64,000 bases of DNA, from assembly GCA_964016885.1 (NCBI GenBank), contig OZ024747.1, positions 38,626,001 through 38,690,000 of the forward strand. Direction: 5' to 3'. The position numbers and the translations under genes were made by a program. The stretch is from Eledone cirrhosa (lineage: Eukaryota). A model generated the notes under the pieces. The model was not told the DNA's origin. It was given only the letters and a program-made list of their open reading frames with translations, and did no database searches. This document shows, in pieces, positions 29,909 through 44,502 of the stretch. Within the stretch, counting starts at the first letter, position 1. Each line of letters starts with the position of its first letter.

Positions 29909-29915
<7 letters not shown>
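29333..29915 (+). mobile_element. 3' UTR/terminus of the Neptune-like element at 50181-52958
   Basis: Near-identical to 52378-52958. Confidence 0.85.
29740..29777 (+). ncRNA. Hammerhead ribozyme with U3-A8 core (also 52782-52819)
   Basis: cctt-TTGAAAA-gcag..ctgc-GAAA-c(t/c)gg-TA-aagg. Confidence 0.75.
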
Positions 29916-29952
<37 letters not shown>

Positions 29953-30663
29953 GTGTGTGTGTGTACATTTGTGTGTGTGTTTATTTTTGGGTTATATTAT
30001 ATTTATATATATTTATATGTATGTGTTTACGTATATATTTGTGTGAATGCGGTTGTATATATGCTTTTGTATATATGGGTTGTTGTGTGTGTATGGATTT
30101 AAGTATGTTTTTTTGTATGCATCTGTTGATTTCTTATTACGTGCGTCTGCGCACACGCATTTGTATACGTATGTACGTAGGATATGAACCATTGTTCTTT
30201 ATTGTAGGGTTTTATGTGTATGTATGTGGATGTGTGTGTATTTTTGGCTGTATGCATTTTTATATATACATGTGTATGCGCGTGTATGTGTATGTGTAGA
30301 TGTATTTGTGCATGCATGTGTATGTTGATGTGTACGTATGTTTATTTTATATTTTTGTGTGTATATATATATATAAATGGAAAAAATGAAACTAAATTTC
30401 ATTTCTCACTCTCAGTACGGCTGTTACTTAAATATAAGTATGTACACGTACATACATATATGTATACAGACATATATATATACATACAGGCTAAACACTG
30501 TACGGCTTGATTCGGGATGTTTGTTTACAAACAAACCGAGCATGATAATAGATGGTCGGTAAATCCATACGTAGATATATATATGTGTGCATGTATGTAT
30601 ATATATACATACTACTGTGCGTCTGTATACATATATGTATGTACGGATAAATTCTTGTACATA

Positions 30664-30730
<67 letters not shown>

Positions 30731-30854
30731 AGAAGCAAAAGATTGCTTATTGTGATTCAGTTCTTGGTTAAGAAAGACAGTTTCATGGATGGTTTCATCG
30801 TTCGGTTAGGGGTAACTCCATAAGTCTGTAAGAATTCCGTTCAATCTTGGAGTA

Positions 30855-32328
<1,474 letters not shown>

Positions 32329-32939
32329 ATATATATATATATATATACACACACATACATATGTGTATCTCTTCTTATACGTGTGTATGAGTATTTATGG
32401 ATGTTTATGTGCGTGTGCATGTGTATGTATGTATATATATATACATACATTTATGTCAGGTCACCAGTTGGTGCTACTGGTAACATGTATCCCAGTACAA
32501 CATGGGAAGATAGTAATTGTCAAGAGGATTGTTCAAAAATTTGTTGTAAAGACAGTTGATTCTATCATGGCATTTAGTGGACGTTAGGGTAGGGGTAGCT
32601 GAACTTGCCAGTAGAACAAAAAGTGAGTGGGGGGAGCCCAGTCAAGCGTTGAAAGTGAAATCTATACAGCAGATTCTAAGCATAGTGTATATAAGGTCGA
32701 AAAAAGTGTACCGAAGAAGGGGAGGGGGTAGTTGAAAAAGTAGGTAAATCGAAAGGGAGTAAACAGACGAGCCATTATAAAGATGAGGAGATAATTATGT
32801 AAAAAAACAAATATATACACAAACAGCAATTTCTGGTTACTATTCCATCCCCACAATCCCCAAATCTCTCATTGGTATTGTAAAGCTATAGAAAAGTTTA
32901 ATAGGTGGAGAAAATGCTAAATACAGGATTGTAGTGAAA

Positions 32940-33290
32940 GCACTTCATAAAGCCATCTTTACAGGGCGTCTGACACCACTGCAAAAGTTAGTAGTAATCA
33001 GCCAATGCTATCTTACAATGACAGGTTAATAAGTTGAGGACAAACATACTAAAAACCTAATACGAACTATTAATTCAGGATGCTAATACATACTAATCCC
33101 AAGAATACTAAAGCAAATATACCACTAAGAATTTTATAAAGCCATCTTTACAGGGTGTCAAACACCATTGCAATAGTTAGTAGTAATCAGCCAATGCTAT
33201 CTTACAATGACAGGTTAAGGAGTTGAAGGCAAACGTACTAAAAAGCTAATACGAAATATTAATTCAGAATACTAATACAATAAATACTAA
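32940..33290. repeat. Tandem duplication of about 187 bp
   Basis: ataaagccatctttacaggg...agccaatgctatcttacaatgacaggttaa occurs twice. Confidence 0.75.
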
Positions 33291-34088
33291 TACAAGATTA
33301 CCAATGCAGAAATACCACTAAGAAATTTAGAAATCACGGAAATGGAGCAGCAACCAGAAAGAAGGCAATTATCTGGGGTCTAACACATCTGCTATAAAAA
33401 GCGTAATCGGCAAATTCTATCTTAAAATTAAGGGGGGGGGGGGGTGAGGCTACAGAGGACCGATGGGCTGCATCGGGGTGGGCGAAAAGTTGAAAAAAAA
33501 AGACGACAAGGAAGGAGATCTAGGGTGGAAGGACTAGGAAGAGATGAGGGGAAGAAGGAACTATAGAGGAACAGATAAAAGAAATATAAAAAATGTACGT
33601 CTACCTTTGTAAGCAGGGGTTACCCCTTACAAAGTCGGCAAGTGGGGTGTTTAATCCCTTGTCTACGCCCCCCTCCCCGGGTCATTATGGGGTTTGAGGG
33701 CGAGGTAAGTCCTACGCAATCTGTGTTTGCATGCAGTTACCAGTTTGTCTTTCTTGTTTAGGAGTTAGTCCTTCGAAAACAACATTTGTAATCTTTCCTC
33801 CGAGCATAAGTTACACGGACGGCGTCCTCCCGTGTAAGAGTTAGCTCTGGACAGTAAGCTCCAAGTGAGATTGTATGTTATATTATTATCTTTGATGTCC
33901 CATATGTGGCCCGAGTTTGTAGTGGTGTGACGCTGGGCCGGGTTTCGGAAAGTATCTCTGTGTAGGTAGAGCCGGCTCCAGAATTAGACCGATCCACACT
34001 ATGATCGCGTCTCGAGTTGTCCGCCGGCGAAACAATTGTAACACGCAATAAATTGAGTTCAGATGCATCGCTGATTTTCCGTTTTCCA

Positions 34089-34173
<85 letters not shown>

Positions 34174-34225
34174 ATATTATTCAAAATATCAATAAATGGA
34201 GACATTTACATAATCAAAATATCTG

Positions 34226-34287
34226 TTTTATTATATATATTTCGGAGGTAGTGTGCTGTTTTTTCAGTACGTCCTCATCAGATAAAA
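34226..34287 (-). ncRNA. Minimal hammerhead ribozyme
   Basis: ttttat-CTGATGA-gga...tcc-GAAA-tatata-TA-ataaaa. Confidence 0.7.
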
Positions 34288-34430
34288 TATATGAAATGAT
34301 GTATGGCATACCTCAACGTTTTGATGTATGACATACTAAAACCTTACGGTTGAGTGATTTTAATCTATATTCGTTGAATATTCAATGAACCCTATTAACA
34401 TTTGGTTATATATATATATATTTATATATA

Positions 34431-35287
34431 CGAGGTGTGTCAGAAAAGTTCCAGGACTGATGTCACAAAAGATTTATTTCAAACCAAAACTTCAGACTAA
34501 GAGTTTTCTCCTTCAAACTAATCTCCCTGGAGTCTAATGCACTTTTCCATTCTTTTCTGCCACAATTGCATGCACTCCTGGAAGGATTCTTCCGGGATCC
34601 TCCGCATTTCCGCTGTCACGGCCTTTTTTATGTCGTCCACGTCTTCAAAACGGGTCCCCCTCCGGGTCGTATTCGAGGTTCCATGACTCAACACCGGTGA
34701 TGACTGTCCCTAGAAAGTCTGGTTCGGTTTCAAGACGCTCGAGGATGTCCTGGCACACTTGCATGCTTCGACCCTTCTGGTCATCTTCAGCAGTTTTGGC
34801 ACCATCTTAGCGCAGACTTTCCACATGTCAAAATCTTCAGCGAGAATCTTCCAGACGCTGTCCCGAGTCATGCCCAGCTCATTTGCCATCAGTCGAACAG
34901 CTAGCCGACGATCGCTACGTATCATCTGCCTGACGCGCTCAACGTTGATCTCAGTCCTGGTTGTTGAGGGTCTTCCGTTCCTGGGGTCATCTTACACGTT
35001 CTCGCCTGTAATCGTCTGATCTCCATACACTTGCTGCAGCAATCCCAGTGCTGCTGACGGAGTTTTCCCCAACCGTACAAGAAACTTCAAGTTTGCTTGT
35101 TGCTCTGTGCTCATTGCTTAAGTCCTGAAACAGAGGACATGTATACAAAATTAAGAAGAAAAAAGTTTGATCGCTGCAGAGAGCTAAGATTACAGTTACA
35201 TACTCCAGGGGGATTAGTTAGTGTGAAGTTTGTGTTTGAAAGATATCTTTTGTGACATCAGTCCTGGAACTTTTCTGACACATCTCG
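34431..35287 (-). mobile_element. Internally deleted mariner (Tc1/mariner) DNA transposon
   Basis: About 43-bp TIRs cgag(g/a)tgtgtcagaaaagttccaggactgatgtcacaaaagat, TA flanks; transposase remnants DDPRNGRPST, KVCAKMVPKLL, GTRFEDVDDIK; catalytic core missing. Confidence 0.92.
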
Positions 35288-35301
35288 TATATGTATATGT
35301 A

Positions 35302-35376
<75 letters not shown>

Positions 35377-37539
35377 CACATACTGAATTCATCCGCCAAA
35401 AACTGGGGTTACCTCCCTTGCAGGGTAATACACGTGGGGTAATCATTACAACATATTACTACTGCTGGGATCCCGCTCGCTGACTGAGAACAAAATACCT
35501 GTTGACGAAGTGTCAGCCTTGTTCGATCATTATACCAAAATGTTAATATGGAAGCAGTCAGTATAATTGATTTCGATATCACAGAAACCTTTCACTGGAT
35601 TTTACCATCAATTCCAGGGTCCAGGTAAACTCTTTCGTTTGACATGTTTAGCTTGCTTCGGTTTTTTGGCTTCGGTGGCTGATGGCTTCTTGGCCGCTGT
35701 TTTCAGTTTATTGCTCTGGTCTTCTTTTATCCAATGAGCGCTGCCGCATATCTCAAAAATTGCATTTCGCTTTGTCTTTTACCACTGCCCAAATTCGATT
35801 ACCGCGACATATTGCTAGAAATTGTTAGAATATAATGAAAGAAAGTTATAAATTCATGAATAGATGAACAAGAAACATTACAAACGTATACATGATTGGC
35901 TACCGTTTTTTGAAATATGAAATAATTTTACTGAATTGTATACTGTCTAAATATTACGTTCCAATCCAGGGTCTTCTCACTCTGATTTCTGTTTGGTTTT
36001 GGTCATGTCAGAAGTTTAGCTGTACTGACCATGCTTGGCCATTTGCGGTTAGGGGAAGCTTTTTAACACGCAGTTGTAGTGGATGGCCATTGATTCTGCG
36101 GTGTTCATCCGCCTTTTAGTTTACCAACTCTTGATTTTTCTGCTGCTGACGTTTCACCTACCTTTCTCACCACAGTAGGATCTGGTGGGAAAGCTTGTTT
36201 AGTCACCGACCGCTCGACCATGAAGCAGGTTGTACTTGTTTAAATGGTACTAATAGCAAGCAGAAGTCTGAAGTAAGACAGAACTAGGATACCGTTATAC
36301 AACCAACCAAATGTGCATTACAGTCAGCTTCTTCAAATGAAGTGTGACAGTGGAGGACAATCGACATCTACGCTCTCTTTAATTATAGACGTTAGCAATC
36401 CTTCATTTGTGCATTATGACTCCCATATGGTGCTTATTTATAGATAGATAGACGGGTGTAGCCGAAAGGAAAACTTTCGATATGATCACAATAACAATGG
36501 ATGGGTCAAAGTTGACACTCAATAACACAAAATCTACTTCTAAGAAAAAGCAGCAACTTAAAATGAGGCCATGTTATCAAGCCCCAATTTCAAGTAGAAG
36601 ATGAATGAAAATTCAAAGTTGAATAGGAATATAAACATCTAATATTCAAAACGATTGATTTTTAATGTATCGAACACAAAATATAAAGATTCCCATCTTA
36701 GCAACATTTTGCTATAACAATAATATAAATTTCCTCTTCTATCTCTTCTGATTTCATTTCTATAATTTGAAAATACAGTTGTGTTTCATATTTATTATGC
36801 AAGATAACAATTTACATATCTGTAGCGCCATAAATAAATGCAATGTCTTTGCGTGATGTATCGACCAAGGTTTCGTTGTTGTTCCCTTATTGTTACCGTG
36901 ACGCTCCACCAAAGAAATCGACAGTGGACAATAAATTATTCAGAATTAATCTGTATAAATTATTTGACTTGAATATGAAGTCGTCAATGTTGGTTCGATG
37001 ATTCAATGAGATACGAGAGATGTTTATTTTCAGTCTTTATGTAGACTGTGTCGATCTTGTTTTTATTACAATACTAAGAAATGTGTAAGAAAGTATGTTT
37101 CAGAGATAAAAGTGTATTATACAGATAAGATTCTTTTATGGAGGGGGACATTTTGGTGTACTTCCATACTATACTGGAAATGAAAGTCAAATATACAACA
37201 TTGAATTAGTATGCCGAGCTATTAGATATTTACGACTGCATACATTAGGAAATTCAACATATATAAAGATAACCAGCATTGTATTAAATATATCAAATAC
37301 GAGAACATAGAACCTATCCATAGGTAACAAAATATATTAGTAATAAAACAGGACATAAACAATAATTATGAATCAAAAATAATATTGATCAGATATAAAT
37401 ACATAGAACGACCGATGCACTACATATCACATCTGTAGGATATCTTTCTGTTTCCCTCTATCTCTCTAAATATATATATAAGCATAATAGAATTTATACC
37501 AACATTCTATATATGTATGTATATTCTTCGGGTTTTATA

Positions 37540-39490
37540 ATTTCACAGAGTTTTGGCAATAGAGAAAGAGTCGGTTTATAACATAGTTACAAGACTTTCA
37601 TTGGAATTTACACATCATCAACTAGGTAACTATGTATGTATGTCTGAATGCATGCATGTGTGTGCAGGTATGGATATTATTGTATGTGTGGATGTGGATG
37701 TTTCGAGTTGAATGTGTGCATGTGTATATGTTTTGTATCTGTACATGTGTTTATGCAGTTATTAGATGCAGAATTTTTGGAATATTTTACATATTTTTAC
37801 TGTTCCATTAATGGATTGTACTTGTAATTTCTTAACTAGTTGTGTTCTTTCTGTTCCTGTGGAGCCTAGTTCACAAGATTTGTATTGAGGCAGTTACTAA
37901 CATACCCCAGTGCCCCAATAATCACAGGCATAAATCTGAAGGTGTAATCAGGGTGGAGTATCTGCAGATGTCTCATCAGTTCTGCATAAATAATCTCCTT
38001 TTCGCTATTATTTGATATTATATTGGCATCTGCTGGGCAGCTAATTTCCACTACTGTGCATGCTTTCTTCTTCCTGTCCCATGTCATAATATCTGGTCTG
38101 TTATGCCTGCATTTTATTGGATTTTTTATTGGAACATTCCTCCAGAACTCTTTCATATTATGTATATGTATGTCTTCCACATTGCTGTAGCTTTTAATGT
38201 GTTTATTATCGGGGCTATCTTTTCTACGGATTGCATTGTACAGTGTATTGGCCACAACATCATTCTTTATAGGTAGATAGTACCGCGATGACATCTTTGG
38301 ACAGCTGCTTATGACATGGGTAACATCTTCGATATTAATTATGCAGAGTCCGCGCTTGTTAGCACATGTAGGTGTTTTGCGTACGTCCCTATCTCTTTTG
38401 TGAATCAGGTATTTCGATTTAATTTCCTGTCCTTGGATTGCAAAAGCGTATCCTTCAGAGTGGGAGCCAATATAGCGGTTGTTGGTCCAATATTTGTTTG
38501 TCTATATTACTCTCACTCTGGGGCTTCCTGGCAACATATCCATGCATGATCTTTTGCTGATAACCATGGATTCTTTCATCTATGGATTCAATGCGAACTG
38601 CTGACCAACTTCCCTGGGTGTGAGATTTTAATTATCACGCAAGGAATATTTTTCAAGAAGTTTCCTCCCAATTCTCATGATCTTATCTGTCTAATGCATA
38701 TAGACTTGCTCTAGAGACGAGCCCCTACGCTTCGAGGTTCGTAGATGTTCTCGGAAGGATATGATGCGACATTCAAATGCTGTCTGGACTGATGTTTCAA
38801 GTAAAGGTGGTCTATGTCACTGTTGTTGTGGAAGTTTCCGGTGTTGTTTAGTATTTTTCGATTCCTAGCATCAAATACTTTGATTTCGTCTATCGTCCAA
38901 TTGAGTATTCCAAACGGTGATGCGAGGACAGGCACAGCAAACACATCGTGAGCCAACGTTTTATTGTGCGCAGAGAGTTCCGATGTCCATATTTTTCTTA
39001 ATCGGGTGTAATATTCCCTGCTTACGCGTTCCTGATTACCGATACCATTATAGGATATATTCTCATCTATCCCCAGTTATCTGTAGCAGTCCTCACCAGA
39101 TATCGGTGAAACAGTTAGGCCATTGATGACAATGTTGCTAGATTGGGTTGTTGTCTATCCCCACTTTACAGTCATATATGAGCATTTATCTTGGCCAAAC
39201 TCCCATCCTATATCCTTTGAGAATGTTGTAAGCAGGTAAAGATTTTTCTTCATCCCATCCATGTTATTGGCAAAGAGTTTCAGATCACCCACAAAGAAAT
39301 TATGGGTTAAGTTCATATTTCTCTCCTCCTGTGAGCCAATGATGTATTCTTCACATTTCTTGAGCAGAAAGGACAAGGGGTTTAATGACAGGATGAATAA
39401 TATCACAGAAAGACTGTCTCCTTGAAATATACCCCTGTGATATTCTATTTTATCAGTGAAAATAGAGTCCTTCTTTGTTTTCAACTGTCG
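37540..39490 (-). mobile_element. Decayed non-LTR retrotransposon with RT + restriction-like endonuclease (R4/R2-group)
   Basis: RGIFQGDSLSVILF, THNFFVGDLKLFA, FGQDKC, HNRPDIMTWDRKKKACTVVEISCP, PVIIGALG. Confidence 0.85.
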
Positions 39491-41280
39491 GATAGTAGCC
39501 TAAGAGGAAGACAACTTCTCTATGGCTCTGATAATATGTATGTATATATGTATGTATGTATCGATGTATACACACACACACGCACACATAAATATATATG
39601 ACTGACTGACACAGGCTGATCTATCGCAAACGCGTGCAATCCCCGAAACTAAAAGATCGAACGGACCGCACCCAGCAACCACTAGCTATTTGATCCACAG
39701 GTACATTTCCCAGAGAGTCCACGCAGCTGATAGTGAATCCCAGTTGATTCGTGAACTCTGAACTTTTAAACAAGACCAACTGTGCCTGGAGCTATGCAGA
39801 TGACTACTTACGCATAATGGATATCGCACCCACAAGGTCACCTGTATTGTTCATCCTGCTGTATGTGTGTAAAGTATCCGTGCGTGGGATATCCCTGAGT
39901 ACATTTTATTGACTATCAATTGTTAATTGATTGTTTGTTAATTAGGCAGGAATATACCATTATGTCTTTGTTAATCCTATGTGTTGCTGTATGTGTGTAA
40001 AGTATCCGAGCGCGGGATATCCCTGAGCTAATTTTGCTTGACTGTTAATTGTTTATTGATTATTTGTTAATTAGGCAGAAATATATTATTATGTCTTTGT
40101 TAATCCTGTATCAATAATTTTATAATAATTTATTGATAGTACATTATTAGATTACTGAAGCTACCTTATACCTTCTTAAAAATACATTTTATAATTATTG
40201 TCTTTTTGCTTATGTATTTTCTTACTTATCATTTTATTTAATCTTGCCCAACTTGATAAGCTCTTTGAATTGCTCCCTAATTAAATTACTTAAACTACTT
40301 AAATTATTTTATCTATTATACCTAAGTTGTATCTGTTGAAGCAGCCCTTTGAAAATTCCTCGGATATCCCAAATACCGTAATTTTTAACTTTTAATTTAT
40401 AATTTTCCTCAATTCGTTTATATATATCCTTAAAGGCTATCTAAAATTTTAATTCTTCGAAGGGTCTCTCGGAGGAGGTTCCTATTAAAAATATTAAAGG
40501 GGCCTTTTCTGAGGGATTTATTGAAGGCTTTTTGAATTAACCTTTAATTGATTAGTTTCTTTCAACTTAGTACGGATTATCAAAACTTCGTAAATTTTCT
40601 GAAAGTTTTTTTCTTTCGAAAAAACTTTTTTCTCTCGAAGGAATTTCTTAGGAAACTTTATATTTTTACTTTTTTTTATTTTTTCATTTTATTTTATTTT
40701 ATTTTATTTTATTTTATTTTATTTTATTAGTCTCTTAACCTCTTCTAGTTTGTTAGGTTTATTGGGGCTTGTAAGCTTTATGCACTTATTGAGGGATTTT
40801 TAAAGGTGCTTCTACGAGATCCCAAGTCTTTTACTTTTAATGCGTAAATTATAAATTATCTAATGTTTAACCTTCAATCCCTGACTCTTAGGCCCTTTTC
40901 AAATTCTCTTAACTCCCCATACCCCATGCCTTTTACAACTCCGACAACTAATATAAAAGAGCCCTCTTAGAATATAGACCCCAAATATACAAGCGGAACT
41001 GCTGATGTATACCACAATTTCAAACTGCTAGTCTTGAGTGATACGTTGATGTAAATAATGAACTTACGATTACATGTTATATGCCTTGAAAATCCAACCA
41101 TATGGTCGGACGAAACGGCTGTCGGCAATAAACTTGTTATAATGTCATAATAGTTTCTTTGTTCTTTTTCATTAATATTTCTGCTGTGCTTATACGCATA
41201 GAGCTTAACTAGCTAACGTCGCATATTTGGTAGGTAAGACGTGTTCATCGCCATTCACATACGACCTACGATACATCTTG

Positions 41281-41406
<126 letters not shown>

Positions 41407-41644
41407 GAAGTTATATTTAATTTGTTAGGATACAACAAGCAAATATTTTTATAACTGATATAAAGCACTCAACACATTTTAGGAGTAAATATACAATATA
41501 TTAACAAATGGAAACTATATTTATAAAACCATATTTATTTCATTATACATATTTCAAAGACACCAAAGCAAATTATGGTGTGCTTTCATCTGATAAAATA
41601 TAATATAGATCAGTTTTATAAACAAGTATTGACATACCCTTAAA

Positions 41645-42560
41645 AATACTATAGTAAATTCTGTACAGCAACGCATTCTAGAATTTCAGCTAATAAGAAT
41701 ATTTTTGATGATAAAGCACATTATTACAACGAAGCGTTAGGTAGAGCTGGATATAGTAATAAAATTAAATACATTGATAATAATAATATAACAACTAACC
41801 ATAATTTTAACAACTATAATAGAAAACCTTACAATAATTCGAAAAACAAAAAAAGGAATAGAACTAGGAATATAATATGGTTTGCTCTTCCTTTCTCATT
41901 AAATATTAAAACTCCTATTGCTAAACTATTCTTTAAAGCTCTTGACAAATGCTTCCCTAGAACACATAGATATTATTTAATATCTAATAGACATATTATA
42001 AAATTAACTTATTCAACCACCAACAATTTAGCGCAGAATATTAATAGAATTAATAATAGAAACTTAAAACCTAACCAGAATACCATTAACACCCCAGCAA
42101 TATCCAATTTAATAACACGGCTCCTAGTAACTTGATTTTTTATAAATGTAACTGTAGAAACAAATATAACTCTCCGTTAAATAACAATTGTTTAGCTAAA
42201 AATATAGTATATAATTGTAATGTAAAATCTAATCTAAATTCATTTAATTATGTAGGTTCTACTCTCACATACTTCTAATCTCGTTTTAATAACCATAAAT
42301 GCACTTTTACGAATATAAATAACAAATCTTCAACGTCTCTATCTAGCTTACTATGGGACCTAAAATTAAAGAACATTAACTATTCTTTGCTTTGGAATAT
42401 TATTTCCAAATCTCCTCCATTCCATTCTTCTTCTGAAAAATGGTGCTCTTTGTATAGAGGAAATATTCGTTATATTAAGGAGCAAAAATTATGTGAATCT
42501 AAGGAACAATCTTTTCAGTTGCTGCAAACAGAGTAAATTCAACGTTGAAATATAAATTTA
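41645..42560 (+). pseudogene. Decayed Naiad-like PLE fragment
   Basis: RNIIWFALPFSLNIKT, KCNCRNKYNSPLNNNCLAKNIVYNC, YVGST. Confidence 0.75.
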
Positions 42561-43052
42561 AAATGTAATATATAACTCATCTTATGAAACCTATCGATAA
42601 ATCATTAGATTCCTTCATACAACTGCCAAAAACTCTCTTAAATGAAGAAAAACCTTTCCGATAAACATACTTAATGTTTTCTTAAAAAAATGGATACATA
42701 AAAAATTAGGATAAACATACTGAAAGTTTCTAAAAAAAAGTTTTTTTTGGTTAATTCCTCTGATGTATATATAAAAAAAATTATAATTCATATTTTATAC
42801 CGTGTTTTTTCTATATATTCTTATATATATTTTAAAGATTACATATTTTTAGAATTATATTGCTTAAAAATTACATTGCTTAAAAATATAATTCCTTTTA
42901 AAATGATATAATTATATTTTTTTTTAAATTGTAATTCCTTTTAAAATTATAATCCGTTTCAAAATTATAACTCATATTATTTTATAGTATGTATTTTCTA
43001 TTTGTATATATATATATATGTATATGTGTATATATGTGTGTGTATATGTATG

Positions 43053-43085
<33 letters not shown>

Positions 43086-43665
43086 GTTTGTATATATGCG
43101 TATGTATGCATGTATGTATGTCTATGTATAGGTGGGTCTATATATATCGAAATGTATAATTTGAATACATTCTATGAATGAACTTATGTAAAAGGGTTGT
43201 TTTTTTTTACAGTTTATGCTTTAGATAAATACTTAAGAAAAACTTTAAACATTAAGACGTTATAGTAAACAAACTTATATTTTAACAGTCACAACTGTAT
43301 AACAGGTGCATTTATAAAATATATAAATTTTATAAAATTATAACTTAATATAAAATAATATAAGGTTCTCTTATAGTCTTAAATTTTGTTATCATCTTAA
43401 CTTTTATAACACTTAATCATTAGAACTATCTAAATTACAAATAAATCAATTAATTTTCCCTCACGCTGTATTGCTATTACTAAGAAGAGTTTTTCTTCAG
43501 TAAAAACTCTCTGAACATCCATATATTTTAAACATATTTTTTGTTATTTTATATAAGTTTTATTTTTAATTGAAAAATTAATAATTAATTGTTGATTGAT
43601 GATTAATAATAAATTTATGTAAGGTTATGTAATAATAACTTATATTTTAATAATATTTTTTGATA

Positions 43666-43705
<40 letters not shown>

Positions 43706-44014
43706 TTCATGAGTAACCAATCTTAAAGAGAGAGATTGAGATAGTAGAGGAGATATGAGAGGAAAGATTGGTGAGTTAGTTAGAAGCCAAAGCGTAAAGG
43801 CATGTGCTCAATGTGCAATATGCAGTAGAAAGCAGCTAGGTGGCTGGGTTCATGCAGAGGTTAAGTGCGCAGAGCTGGAAATATTCATTAGTTAAGCAAA
43901 ACAAGACCACACATCTCACAAGAGAGACATTATTAAAAGATTGTCAACACATTTAGTTTGATGTAAGGAATATAGAGAATAATAATAAAAATAATATTAA
44001 TAATAATAATGCCC

Positions 44015-44135
44015 GTTTACAATTGTTTCGCTACTCCGTATTATATTTCTGGATCAGATGACTATGTATCATAATTGATCTGGTTCAGTTGAAAATAATT
44101 AACATATTTAAAAAAACAGAGTGGCTCATCGGAAC
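44015..44135 (-). ncRNA. Hammerhead with CCGATGA core and large loop II (second copy 47370-47490)
   Basis: gtt-CCGATGA-gccactctg...c(g/a)gagtagc-GAAA-caattg-TA-aac. Confidence 0.7.
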
Positions 44136-44502
44136 TCAAAGGAATATAAATTAAAATAATGTTACATAATATAATGTTCCTTATATTAGTTTTTACTATG
44201 GTGCCTTTGTTTCATCAGCTGTCAGCCATAATCAAGCAGTACTCATCTGTCGAGGCTGCATTGTGTGAGATCTGTCTATGGGTAACAAGATGGCTGCCAA
44301 AGGGCATATTTACCTTACTAATTAGAGGGTGGTTTCAGGGTAAGTAACTTCTCGAGAGATTAGAGATTGTGTGTATTTTATAGTTATTTGCTAGTATTTA
44401 AATTATTTAATTGAGAGACATCGTAGAGGAGGTAACTTATAATTATCGAGTTGTTCATAGCAATTTAACTTATTAGCTACAATTAGAGATGGGGCTACAT
44501 GA

